A stretch of DNA of 64,000 bases from a virus. This document shows, in pieces, positions 8,963 through 17,914 of the stretch. The position numbers were made by a program, and so were the translations under genes. How positions within the stretch are numbered: position 1 is the first letter of the stretch; each line of letters starts with the position of its first letter. The stretch lies in the IMG/VR virus record IMGVR_UViG_3300033978_000724, positions 1-64,000 of that record, one strand, 5' to 3'. The notes below the pieces were generated by a model. That model ran no database searches, was not told the origin of the DNA, and saw only the letters and a program-made list of their open reading frames with translations.

Positions 8963-9266
8963 AATATCCTTTGGACAAGGGACGTAACGCTTAATAGCTT
9001 GATCCGTACTCGATCACCTCCTTTTGTCTCAACCCGGCATGAAACCGGCATCAAAATAGTCTAAAAAATCAACCTCTGGTTTCGGTTCGTGGGTGAAATC
9101 TATCTACTTTCACTTAATCCCTTCGGCTATGAAATTAGATTAGCACTACAAAAATATTTTTCAACATTTGTAGTTTCCTATTTTGCTATTTTCTAAAATC
9201 TATTTAAGTGGGTATCTATATTTATAGGAATATTGTTTAATGTTTTCAATACTTATAGGGATTTAT

Positions 9267-9440
9267 ATGGAAGAAGGACAAAAGACTAAAGCGTTGAATG
9301 TAGCCATACCAGAGGACATTCATACGGCCACGAAGTTCTTGGCACTAAGGGACAAGACGACAATGCAAGAGGTGACGACCAAAGCTCTCATCTCTTATCT
9401 GATAAAGAAGAAAGTATTTAATAAACCGCAGGAGCGATAA
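9267..9440 (+). CDS. Ribbon-helix-helix (ParG/CopG-like) regulator
   Basis: KALNVAIPEDIHTATKFLALRDKTTMQEVTTKALISYL fits the RHH pattern; divergent from the ATPase operon. Confidence 0.7.
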   Translation: MEEGQKTKALNVAIPEDIHTATKFLALRDKTTMQEVTTKALISYLIKKKVFNKPQER

Positions 9441-9487
9441 AAGTGGTAAAATCATTTTGAATAACACCATACAAAGGACGAATCAAA

Positions 9488-10606
9488 ATGAAATTCACTT
9501 GTTCGCAAGAAGACCTAAATGGTTGCTTATCTTTAGTTATTAAGGCTGTCCCTAGCCGGCCTAGTCATCCTGTTCTAGGGAATGTCCTGGTAAAAACATC
9601 TAAAGAACTTCAAATGGTCTGCATTACCGGCTTTGATTTAAGTTTGGGTATTCAGTCTGCTTTTAGTGCCGTAGTAGAAAAAGAAGGGACGTTAACTGTC
9701 CCTGCTAAATTGTTTATTGATATTATTTCTCGGATGGAAGGGAATTTATCTCTTGCTTTAGACTCTGAAGATGAAAGCCTGATCCACATAAAATCTGGAT
9801 CGGGTAAATATAACATCAGGGGAATAAGTGCCGATGAATTTCCTGAACTACCTGAGATAACAGGAGATCAAATTGAGTTGCCAGCCAAGGAATTAATAAA
9901 AGGATTAAAAGGGACTTTATTTTCTGCATCACCCGATGAGACTAAACAAGTTTTGACGGGTGTGCATATCGTTGTGACTCCAGATGAAATTGAGTTTGCT
10001 AGTACAGACGGCCATCGCCTAACACGGGTGCAAACACCTATTGAGGATGGTGCTGATCTTGCGATGACTATTCCTGCTAGGGCATTAAAAGAAGTAGAAA
10101 AGATGTTGTCGGCTAATTCTACCCTGGAGTCAGTGGCTATTAGATTTGATGATAGCCAAATCGTCTTTGAGATGGGAACTCAAAAGTTAACCAGTCGAAA
10201 ACTAGAGGGACAATACCCTGTTTATAATCAACTCATTCCCAATAAGTTCACCGGATCAATAACCCTAGATCGCAAGGCATTCTTGAGTAGTGCGGAGAGA
10301 ATCGGAGTATTAGCAGACCAACGGAATAATATTCTGAAATGTTCTATTAACCATGATTCTCAGTCTATTTCTTTATCTGTGGATGCCAAGGAAGTGGGCA
10401 ATGGGGAAGAATCGGTTGCTGTTCAATGTGACGGCGACCTCAAAGAAATAGCATTTAATATCAAGTACCTAACAGAGGGATTAAAGAGCCTTAATTGCTC
10501 TGAGGTACAAATCCAACTAAACACGGCGACAAGCCCTGTGGTGGTGAAACCATTAACCGGAGAAAAGATAATTTATTTGATTATGCCTGTACAACTTAGG
10601 AATTAA
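9488..10606 (+). CDS. dnaN: DNA polymerase III beta sliding clamp
   Basis: KAVPSRPSHPVLGNVL, TGFDLSLGI, STDGHRL, IAFNIKYL and YLIMPVQLR are typical of cyanobacterial DnaN. Confidence 0.97.
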   Translation: MKFTCSQEDLNGCLSLVIKAVPSRPSHPVLGNVLVKTSKELQMVCITGFDLSLGIQSAFSAVVEKEGTLTVPAKLFIDIISRMEGNLSLALDSEDESLIHIKSGSGKYNIRGISADEFPELPEITGDQIELPAKELIKGLKGTLFSASPDETKQVLTGVHIVVTPDEIEFASTDGHRLTRVQTPIEDGADLAMTIPARALKEVEKMLSANSTLESVAIRFDDSQIVFEMGTQKLTSRKLEGQYPVYNQLIPNKFTGSITLDRKAFLSSAERIGVLADQRNNILKCSINHDSQSISLSVDAKEVGNGEESVAVQCDGDLKEIAFNIKYLTEGLKSLNCSEVQIQLNTATSPVVVKPLTGEKIIYLIMPVQLRN

Positions 10607-10618
10607 AAATAATGTGAC

Positions 10619-10655
10619 AAAAAGAGGATCGGGTTTTAATCCGATCCTCTTTTTT
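10619..10655. terminator. Bidirectional intrinsic terminator
   Basis: AAAAAGAGGATCGG...CCGATCCTCTTTTT inverted repeat. Confidence 0.85.
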
Positions 10656-11007
10656 ATGGACAGAAGGAATAGCTCAACCAAAGCCCATCTCTCAACGGAA
10701 TAGAGCAGGAGTACAAAACGGGGCTGCAGGTGAAAGAGAATTTGCTCTTGTATATTTCTCTTTTTAGTTCGGCCACGGGTGCAGATTTGTTTACATCTGA
10801 TACCGGGTATAGCTTGAAATTCACTTGGTAAGGATGACCCGAACTTGTGAATTGCGGGTTGATCAAAAAACAGTATTTTCCTGATGGGGAGGGTATAGGA
10901 GAATATATTTTTATCAACGGGGACGATTCATCAGAAAAAATAAACCACTTATCTGTTTTTCTTTCGAGTGCAAGATAAGTGGGATTAAATGTTGAGATTA
11001 TTTTCAT
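10654..11007 (-). CDS. Hypothetical protein
   Basis: 117-aa ORF; ATGA overlap with the upstream gene. Confidence 0.55.
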   Translation of the reverse strand: MKIISTFNPTYLALERKTDKWFIFSDESSPLIKIYSPIPSPSGKYCFLINPQFTSSGHPYQVNFKLYPVSDVNKSAPVAELKREIYKSKFSFTCSPVLYSCSIPLRDGLWLSYSFCP

Positions 11008-11156
11008 TTGGATTTTTTGACTTTAAGCTGAAAACTTTTTTCACAATCACGGCAGTAGTATCGAGGAATGACCTCACCTGATTTCATGGTATTAGCTCCA
11101 AATTTATAAGTGAGAATACCATTGCACCTCCGACACTTAACACGATTATCATTCAT
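11004..11156 (-). CDS. Unannotated 50-aa zinc-ribbon protein (InsA-like pattern)
   Basis: MNDNRVKCRRCNGILTYKFGANTMKSGEVIPRYYCRDCEKSFQLKVKKSK: two CxxC pairs; coupled to both neighbours. Confidence 0.7.
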   Translation of the reverse strand: MNDNRVKCRRCNGILTYKFGANTMKSGEVIPRYYCRDCEKSFQLKVKKSK

Positions 11157-11159
11157 AGA

Positions 11160-11399
11160 TTAAAGGTATTGCGGATATTCACCAGGCATAATTGCGGGAG
11201 TAATTGCCCTGATGTACCAATCCTCTACTTGCTCTATCGCCGGAAAATCTGGTCTAGATTGATCCAAATCAGATAAATCAAAACTAGAAATGCGAGAAGA
11301 AGAGAAAAAGGCAAAAGTTAGTTTCTTTTCTGTTATTTGTATATCAGGATTGATAGATTTTATTTGGCCGTAGATTTCAATAAAACTGTTGATAGCCAT
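11160..11399 (-). CDS. Hypothetical protein
   Basis: GGAG RBS within a leader shared with the 12563 gene. Confidence 0.6.
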   Translation of the reverse strand: MAINSFIEIYGQIKSINPDIQITEKKLTFAFFSSSRISSFDLSDLDQSRPDFPAIEQVEDWYIRAITPAIMPGEYPQYL

Positions 11400-11525
11400 T
11401 TCTTTTCTCCAATAGAGGTTGTTTTTGTTTTGTTCTTTTGCGGACCGGCTTTGTCTTTAAGGGAATAAATGTTGAGACTATTTCCCTTTTAAAGAGATAT
11501 AGAATAAGAATTTTTTGATGAATCT

Positions 11526-12563
11526 TTAATTTTGTACTTTGAATTTTTCAATTAACTCATCTAAATAAGCCTCAGCGGAAACAGAGAAATCCCCTAAAAG
11601 GTTTTTACTGCCTTGATAATTAAATTCCCCGTTAAATAAATCAATTAATTCATTCTTGAAGGTTTTTTGTGACTTTTCACTTAAGTTTTTTAATTCGACC
11701 TTCCAGTATTTTCTCTCTGGGACCCACTTCCCATACACTTTACAAAATGTTTTGACAGACTCCCAACGATTTCCTTTTGCCAGAATAGAAAGAGCAATCC
11801 CAATTCTTTCACCTTCTTTATCTTTGATCAGGCTTACTTTTAAATCAGGCTCTTTTTCTGATTCGGGTTTTGGATCGGCTACCTCGTCTGATTCAAATAC
11901 ATAATCCGGCCAAGGTTCTCCATTATCAAATCTGATATTAGGGTTGCTGTGGGGAAAGCACCAAACTTTATCACCATTTTCTAGTTTAAATTCTCTCCAA
12001 TAAGTACCCCATGCCATCTCCATATCTTTTGTCTTTTGCTCAGAACAACTTATCAGCACTCTAAAGTGTTTTTCCTGCTTGAAATCAACATAACCCTGGG
12101 GTTGCTCGATCTCCCCTACTTCTTTGATGTAATACAAAGGATCAGAAATATACTCTTTATCATCGGGATAAACATTGTGAATATCATACACCACCCCTAA
12201 TTCAGGGCTTTTATCTGGCGGGAATATTTCATTAAAAAACGTTTTCAATGATTCATTATATTTTTCACCCGCCCGGCTATCAAAAAAAACATAACAATAT
12301 TTATTGATTAATCCAAATTCCTCTAATTCTTTAGTCACTTCTATTGCCTGCGACTTTGACCCATCGAGAGGTACATACCACACCTTAAGGACTGGATGCC
12401 ATGAGCCACCATATTTCTTAGCCCATTGTTTGGCTTGATCTTTCAGATCATATCCGCAATTGATACATAAAGAACGCACTGCGGGTCCGTTCGTGGCAAC
12501 CACTTTTTGAATAGAAATGGTAGTAGAGTTATTGCTCAGGCTATTTGTAAATTCTACTTTCAT
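11526..12563 (-). CDS. Hypothetical early protein with DUF5710-like Trp motifs
   Basis: YDLKDQAK..GGSWHPVLKVWYV and YGKWVPERKYWKV; strong sigma70 promoter upstream. Confidence 0.6.
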   Translation of the reverse strand: MKVEFTNSLSNNSTTISIQKVVATNGPAVRSLCINCGYDLKDQAKQWAKKYGGSWHPVLKVWYVPLDGSKSQAIEVTKELEEFGLINKYCYVFFDSRAGEKYNESLKTFFNEIFPPDKSPELGVVYDIHNVYPDDKEYISDPLYYIKEVGEIEQPQGYVDFKQEKHFRVLISCSEQKTKDMEMAWGTYWREFKLENGDKVWCFPHSNPNIRFDNGEPWPDYVFESDEVADPKPESEKEPDLKVSLIKDKEGERIGIALSILAKGNRWESVKTFCKVYGKWVPERKYWKVELKNLSEKSQKTFKNELIDLFNGEFNYQGSKNLLGDFSVSAEAYLDELIEKFKVQN

Positions 12564-12638
12564 TATTTTTTCTCCAATAGAGTTTATTTTTGTTTTGTCC
12601 TTTTGAGGACATCCCTAATAGGGATTCAACTTATCTAA

Positions 12639-12667
12639 ATATTAACTAATCTTTTTTGATTTGTCAA
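12639..12667 (-). promoter_or_regulatory. Sigma70-type promoter
   Basis: TTGACA-N17-TAATAT on the minus strand. Confidence 0.75.
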
Positions 12668-12721
12668 TACATTTATCAAAATATTTTTGTGGGCCGGTTT
12701 TGTTTTTAAGGGAATAAATAT

Positions 12722-13048
12722 ATTAGGCCATAAAAGATTGTTCTCTTATTTCTTTTCCTTACAAGTTCTTATTAATATTATAAAGCAAATTCTGTCATCT
12801 CTACACGGCATATACACAAAGACTTTTAGCGATTCGTTCCCTGCGTGAATGATATGCGTTCGCAACAAATACCGACGGCTACGATCAACCTTTTTCGTTG
12901 GCGTTACATTTCGTTACTTTTCAGGTTGTTTTAGTAAAATACACTTTTTGTCAGGCGTGTAATCCATGCCTAGCAAAGATTATACCGGATCGTCACAGAG
13001 GCGAATGAAAATAGACTTTTGGCTAATTTATCTCAGGTATTTTGGGGT
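12722..13048 (+). repeat. Dispersed ~300-bp non-coding element, copy 1
   Basis: Colinear with 51521-51815 (+) and 62088-62372 (-); e.g. CCTGCGTGAATGATATGCGTTCGCAACAAATACCGACGGCTACGATCAACCTTTT is identical to copy 3. Confidence 0.95.
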
Positions 13049-13208
13049 CTGGCCGGCCCATACTTCAATATGGACATTATTTATTTAATTCCGTGGTCCA
13101 ACTTTAGAGCGAAAAATGTTATTCTTGAAAAAGAATAAATCGAATTGCGGGACGAGATTTATTGTTATTTCGAGTTGACCGGGTGGGGTGATCTAGCCAA
13201 GGAAAAAG

Positions 13209-14333
13209 ATGGTTTACCCTGATTTCACTTTGTCCTACGGGACCACGAGCGTGACGCTAAATAATCAGAATATAGTTAGCTGGTCAAGGGCGATGGTTGA
13301 GCCTGATGCCAATGATTTATACAAAGGGATTCCGGTTCGTATTCAAGGTGAAACACTGCATCGCTGGTCGTTGTCTTTGATCGCCAAGAGTGAAGACACG
13401 GGTTTTATTAAGCAAATATACAGGGAAGCGACTAGGGATAGATTTAATAAGGAATTACCCGGTGCTTTTGATGTGACGTTATTAGACAATGCAGAATTGT
13501 CTAATCAGGCAGTGACTCATAAAGTATTAATAGCAACTTGTACACCTAAACCAATGTCATGTGACAGGTATGAGATTGAATTAGAACTAATAGAGAGTCC
13601 TGAATATCTTTATATCCCTACTTTTTCTATTGGCGGTGTGACATTCAATCAATCAGAAGTAATAAGCTATGACTCGTCTGCTGTGGTATCAGAAGGAGAG
13701 CCTAATCTGTGGCAATGGTCGCTAGGTTTGATACTTGATTCTGCCAAAATGACATCATTAGGAAATGTTTATAACGCCCAAGTAATAGGTAAAAGCACTG
13801 CACCATATACTGGATGGGGCGTATTAGTAGTAGATGAAGTTGGATCGGCTCCGGTGGGAATGAAAGCAGAAATAATGAGTTTTTCCCATACGGTATCAGT
13901 GAGGGGTTTTGAAGTACAAATATCTTTATCAGCATTAAGACCAGATGCTGATACATCGGCATTAACATTTACTATTGGCAATGTAGTATTTGCGGGTAAA
14001 GAAATTCAATCAGCTAATAAGTCACCATTAGTATCTAGAAGTATTGAGATCATCCCTACCGGGGCAACAGTGGTAAGAGATAATTGCGGTCCTGGAGTAT
14101 GGCAATGGAATTGTAGTTTTGAATCAACTAGATTAAAATGTGATACAGTTGCCCAATTAGCATGGAGTCAGAGGTCAATTCAGTTAGATGAAGGAACCTG
14201 GTTAGTACCTGTTGCAGATGGAGTAAATGGTGGAGGTGCTGACTGTGCAATAGAATCAGCTAGTATTGCACATATACCAGATAAGCCAGGCAAATATACT
14301 CTGAGTGTTGATTTAAGACAAGTAAATGTATGA
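13209..14333 (+). CDS. Putative tail-tip (distal-tail-like) protein with three tandem domains
   Basis: Three ~120-aa units (FTLSYG..HRWSL / FSIGG..WQWSL / FTIGN..WQWNC); in the tail cluster. Confidence 0.55.
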   Translation: MVYPDFTLSYGTTSVTLNNQNIVSWSRAMVEPDANDLYKGIPVRIQGETLHRWSLSLIAKSEDTGFIKQIYREATRDRFNKELPGAFDVTLLDNAELSNQAVTHKVLIATCTPKPMSCDRYEIELELIESPEYLYIPTFSIGGVTFNQSEVISYDSSAVVSEGEPNLWQWSLGLILDSAKMTSLGNVYNAQVIGKSTAPYTGWGVLVVDEVGSAPVGMKAEIMSFSHTVSVRGFEVQISLSALRPDADTSALTFTIGNVVFAGKEIQSANKSPLVSRSIEIIPTGATVVRDNCGPGVWQWNCSFESTRLKCDTVAQLAWSQRSIQLDEGTWLVPVADGVNGGGADCAIESASIAHIPDKPGKYTLSVDLRQVNV

Positions 14334-14800
14334 CGATAAAAAAGACTCTAAATCAAGAAACTAAAACCATATCTGATGCCAAACAGATAATGTCTCAGAA
14401 TGAGAAAAATATTATTCAAGAGTCAAGGTATCAAAGCAATTTAAGACGTAATACGTCACCTCTCACCAAGCCAAGAGAACAAGCAAAAAACAACAAAGAA
14501 CCTCACGTAATAGTAAAAGGGTTTGACGTTGTTACCGGCAAAATGAGAGCTGAGGATAAAAGCACCGGCAAAATATTTAATGCTAAAGTATTAAGCGATG
14601 GTCCGTTGGCTGTGGGTAGTCGGGTGATGGGATTTCCACCGGCAAACGGAGAGTCAGAGGGATATATTAGGGGACCGATGAAAGGTCCGCCTGTGCCACC
14701 GTTGGAGATACCTAAGAAACCTAAGAAAAAAGAAGAGGAAATAGTCGAAGTGTTAGAATTAAGATATACATTGATAGCGGCTTTTTGTGCTTATAACTAA
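14330..14800 (+). CDS. Putative tail/baseplate protein
   Basis: Coupled to neighbours; GFD..G..R motif shared with 17654..17914. Confidence 0.5.
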   Translation: MTIKKTLNQETKTISDAKQIMSQNEKNIIQESRYQSNLRRNTSPLTKPREQAKNNKEPHVIVKGFDVVTGKMRAEDKSTGKIFNAKVLSDGPLAVGSRVMGFPPANGESEGYIRGPMKGPPVPPLEIPKKPKKKEEEIVEVLELRYTLIAAFCAYN

Positions 14801-15633
14801 TGCCAAATACATATACTTATTTCACGGAGAATTTTTTTAACTACTTAGCTACATCGTTTGGGACGATGATAGAAAGAATAGCGTTAGTAAAAAACGATGA
14901 CGACATAATATTAGAGAATGATCTAGTTATATCCGGGAGTGATGCTGAGTTAATAAATAATACGGAAAAAGAAATAACCGTGACAACAGACAATAATATT
15001 TTTGAATGCACAGCAAAAATAAAAAAAGCAAAAAAAGGTTGGAAGAATAAAACACCTGTTTTCTTTGGATCGTTGACAGCTTTGCTTAATTACTCTCTTA
15101 TTGACTCCATCAACAATGACTCTGATTTATTATTTGCGAATGGAAACCCTACAAAAGACTTATTTGAAACAGTCTTTTATAGTGTATTTAATACCTGTAC
15201 TGATTATAAGATATATGCGTTTAGTGGCACTCCTACCGTAGAAACAGCAGAATACGGTACTTGCACTTATGGCTACTGGGGGTCTCAAGTTGACTTTTTC
15301 TCAATCGCTACGACAAACACCGATACATTTTATCCTGCGTCATTAGGTTCATCACCAAGTACACTTACTTCTTTCCTCTACCAAAGTGAAACAAGTTTGA
15401 TGATGGGTACTTTTACGGAATTAGAAATGAGAATGTCAGGGACTCAAACTATTAATGGTTTTTTTGTTACAAACGAAAGTATCCCCGATCTGTTAAATAC
15501 GGAATCCCCTTTGATTTTATTTGGTTGCTCATTGGAAGGGGGTTTGTCTTTTTCTACTAAACCAGATAGAGAAAATTATGCAATCATAACCACGCCTAAA
15601 ATATCACTATCAATGGATGTAATTATTATATGA
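14800..15633 (+). CDS. Putative virion structural protein
   Basis: Thr/Ser/Phe-rich, acidic; translationally coupled in the tail operon. Confidence 0.5.
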   Translation: MPNTYTYFTENFFNYLATSFGTMIERIALVKNDDDIILENDLVISGSDAELINNTEKEITVTTDNNIFECTAKIKKAKKGWKNKTPVFFGSLTALLNYSLIDSINNDSDLLFANGNPTKDLFETVFYSVFNTCTDYKIYAFSGTPTVETAEYGTCTYGYWGSQVDFFSIATTNTDTFYPASLGSSPSTLTSFLYQSETSLMMGTFTELEMRMSGTQTINGFFVTNESIPDLLNTESPLILFGCSLEGGLSFSTKPDRENYAIITTPKISLSMDVIII

Positions 15634-16283
15634 AAGAGAAATTAAAGATTAGTAAAAAATCTTACGAAACAGCATTTACTTTTCACCTATCAGGAACACC
15701 CGCAAGTTTATTAGTTCCTACTCCTCTGCCTCCGCTTATTCCACCTCTCGCTCCTTTTCCTTCTAGCCCAGGTACTGACTGGTCTTCACCAGGGGATTCG
15801 CCTTTTCCTCCTGGTCATTTCCCACCTGTTGGACCTTATGAGGGGTACAAACAATGGGGAAAGGTTATTCACAGACGCACCAGGCAATACGTTTGGCGAG
15901 GGGAAAACTATAACTACGATCTCACTTATGACGAGGATGGAATGACCCGCTATAACACTTTTAAAAGCAACCACCAGGCAGGGGGTGGGACAGTAGTAAC
16001 CGCTGGTTTTCCCACGGACTGGGGAGTAGAAGATACTATTTTAGGATATTACCCGGTAGATAGTATGCCTGGAGGGTTTGTATCTAAAAGCAAAATCATC
16101 GTGGCGTGGAATGTTTATTTTTGGTTTCAAGAAGTGAATTATGGACCAGATGGACTGACAGAGGCACAGTTATCTAATCCTGATTTCGGAGCTGGAGCAG
16201 CACAATGGTTTCCTTTTATAGCAAGAAACGAAGCGTGGCAAGTATTTTTTTCTGATGATCCTGCCGATTTCTTTATGGCATAA
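15630..16283 (+). CDS. Putative virion structural protein with Pro-rich linker
   Basis: ATGA overlap; PTPLPPLIPPLAPFP linker then an aromatic-rich domain. Confidence 0.5.
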   Translation: MKEKLKISKKSYETAFTFHLSGTPASLLVPTPLPPLIPPLAPFPSSPGTDWSSPGDSPFPPGHFPPVGPYEGYKQWGKVIHRRTRQYVWRGENYNYDLTYDEDGMTRYNTFKSNHQAGGGTVVTAGFPTDWGVEDTILGYYPVDSMPGGFVSKSKIIVAWNVYFWFQEVNYGPDGLTEAQLSNPDFGAGAAQWFPFIARNEAWQVFFSDDPADFFMA

Positions 16284-16295
16284 TAAAAAATTGAA

Positions 16296-17123
16296 TTATT
16301 TGAAAATATCATATTTAACATTCCAGTCTTCATCCCAAATACCACAAATAGCATTTCTTGGTTGACCTGCTAAATGAAAATAATCGCCATCCCATGGGTA
16401 AATATAACAAAGGCTAGAGACATTATTCTCTATGGCAATACGTTTTATTTCATTAAGAAACTTAGTTTGCTGTTGAGGGGAAAACGGATCATGATAATAT
16501 CCCACCTCAGTAAAATGTATCGGCCAAGAGAACCAGTCTAGGTTTTTTATATGAGACAAGACTATTGGCAAGGATTTTAATATTAAATCTTTGCATAATT
16601 TATTTCCTATCGTTTGCACCCCTAGAGAGAGATTAGCACCAGGAAATTTCTCTTGTACTTTTTGGAGAAGACGTAATACTCCGTTGTCCTGGATACCGTT
16701 GCCTGTGTAATGAGTGATCCGGTATGTGTTCATCTCATTAAAAATAATCTCAACGTCAGATGATTGTTTTAGTATTAGTTCTAAGTATGTTATTATTTTT
16801 TGCTCATCAATACCGTTTTTTAAGTTGCCATCAATCTTAAACAATTCATTGAAAACAATCTGCTCTTTCCTTTTGATGCGGTTATGGCTTAACCGGATAG
16901 AACGATCAGCCATTCTTCTCCTAAAAACTCGCTCGTCTTTAAACTCACTCTCTCCTACTAAATAGGATCGAATAGGCAAGTTTATACTAGGATAAAACTC
17001 TGCTATCTTCTGCGAATAGCAATGCTGAGACGCTGTAATAAACCCTAATTGATTGATGTCTAAAATATCCGAGGGGATAATCTTAGAGGGGAGATAAAGC
17101 CCTATGGATAAATTTGTTGCCAT
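16296..17123 (-). CDS. Glycoside hydrolase clan A (GH10-like) protein
   Basis: IVFNEL (acid/base), IIFNEMN, LGVQT, IHFTEVG (nucleophile) and GIWDEDWNVK occur in GH10 order. Confidence 0.6.
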   Translation of the reverse strand: MATNLSIGLYLPSKIIPSDILDINQLGFITASQHCYSQKIAEFYPSINLPIRSYLVGESEFKDERVFRRRMADRSIRLSHNRIKRKEQIVFNELFKIDGNLKNGIDEQKIITYLELILKQSSDVEIIFNEMNTYRITHYTGNGIQDNGVLRLLQKVQEKFPGANLSLGVQTIGNKLCKDLILKSLPIVLSHIKNLDWFSWPIHFTEVGYYHDPFSPQQQTKFLNEIKRIAIENNVSSLCYIYPWDGDYFHLAGQPRNAICGIWDEDWNVKYDIFK

Positions 17124-17614
17124 TCTACATCACTCCAAATATAAATTGTTTTAGGTGTTGTACCTTGATCTATAAACATCTGACCAGGGCTGTCTCCTAT
17201 CACAGATGGACCAGACGACCCTCCGCTATAATCAAGAATATTTGTGTAAGAAATCAATATCCACACCCCGTTCGACCACCTATAAATTAGCTCTCTATCA
17301 GGGTATGTTTTAGTCAGAACGCAAATAGTTTTTCCTGCATCAGGAGTAGCGGGCAGGTCGTTTAATGCAAACTGAATAATGCTACCTTCGCTCCCAGTTT
17401 CTAATACGTGCCACCTACCCGGACCATTAGCCGAATAAACTAAATCATTATCAACAGTGGCACTTGATGTTTTCCTCCACATAACTATTTTAAAATTAGT
17501 AGCATCAGTCGCTACAGCAAATAGAATACCGTCTTCATCTGTACTATCTAATAACATACTTGACATTTCCCCAATAGAGAGAAAGGTCAGCATCTTTGAT
17601 TTATAATTAGGCAT
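17102..17614 (-). CDS. Putative tail fibre/spike accessory protein
   Basis: WRKTSSATVDNDLVYSANGPGRW and YRWSNGVW/YIWSDVEW motifs typical of fibre attachment modules. Confidence 0.5.
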   Translation of the reverse strand: MPNYKSKMLTFLSIGEMSSMLLDSTDEDGILFAVATDATNFKIVMWRKTSSATVDNDLVYSANGPGRWHVLETGSEGSIIQFALNDLPATPDAGKTICVLTKTYPDRELIYRWSNGVWILISYTNILDYSGGSSGPSVIGDSPGQMFIDQGTTPKTIYIWSDVEWQQIYP

Positions 17615-17653
17615 AATTTATAATATTAAATGTACCTCAAATAATTATATCAC

Positions 17654-17914
17654 ATGGATAGTAAGTCAGTAGCAAGATATAAAGCGGCGTTACGTCGGTA
17701 TAATTCAAATCCTATTACTCAAAAACAAGTCAAAACGGTCTCTAAGACAGGCTATGAGACAGCTAAATACTTAGGTTTTGACACGACATCAGGTAGTCAT
17801 CGGTTTGAAACTAGTTCAGGTATCAAATCAACTAAGAGTCTTAGTAATAACTCTATTCCTAAAGATGGCTATGGGTTATATGCTCAAGGATTCTCAGTTA
17901 ATCCTTATACTTGA
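17654..17914 (+). CDS. Small putative tail protein, paralog of 14330..14800
   Basis: YLGFDTTSGSHRFET..KSLSNN aligns with VKGFDVVTGKMRAED..KVLSDG. Confidence 0.5.
   Translation: MDSKSVARYKAALRRYNSNPITQKQVKTVSKTGYETAKYLGFDTTSGSHRFETSSGIKSTKSLSNNSIPKDGYGLYAQGFSVNPYT

Noticed and set aside
11004-11156. IS1 element suggested by the InsA-like zinc ribbon
   Set aside because: No DDE transposase or terminal inverted repeats; the gene is coupled within a phage operon
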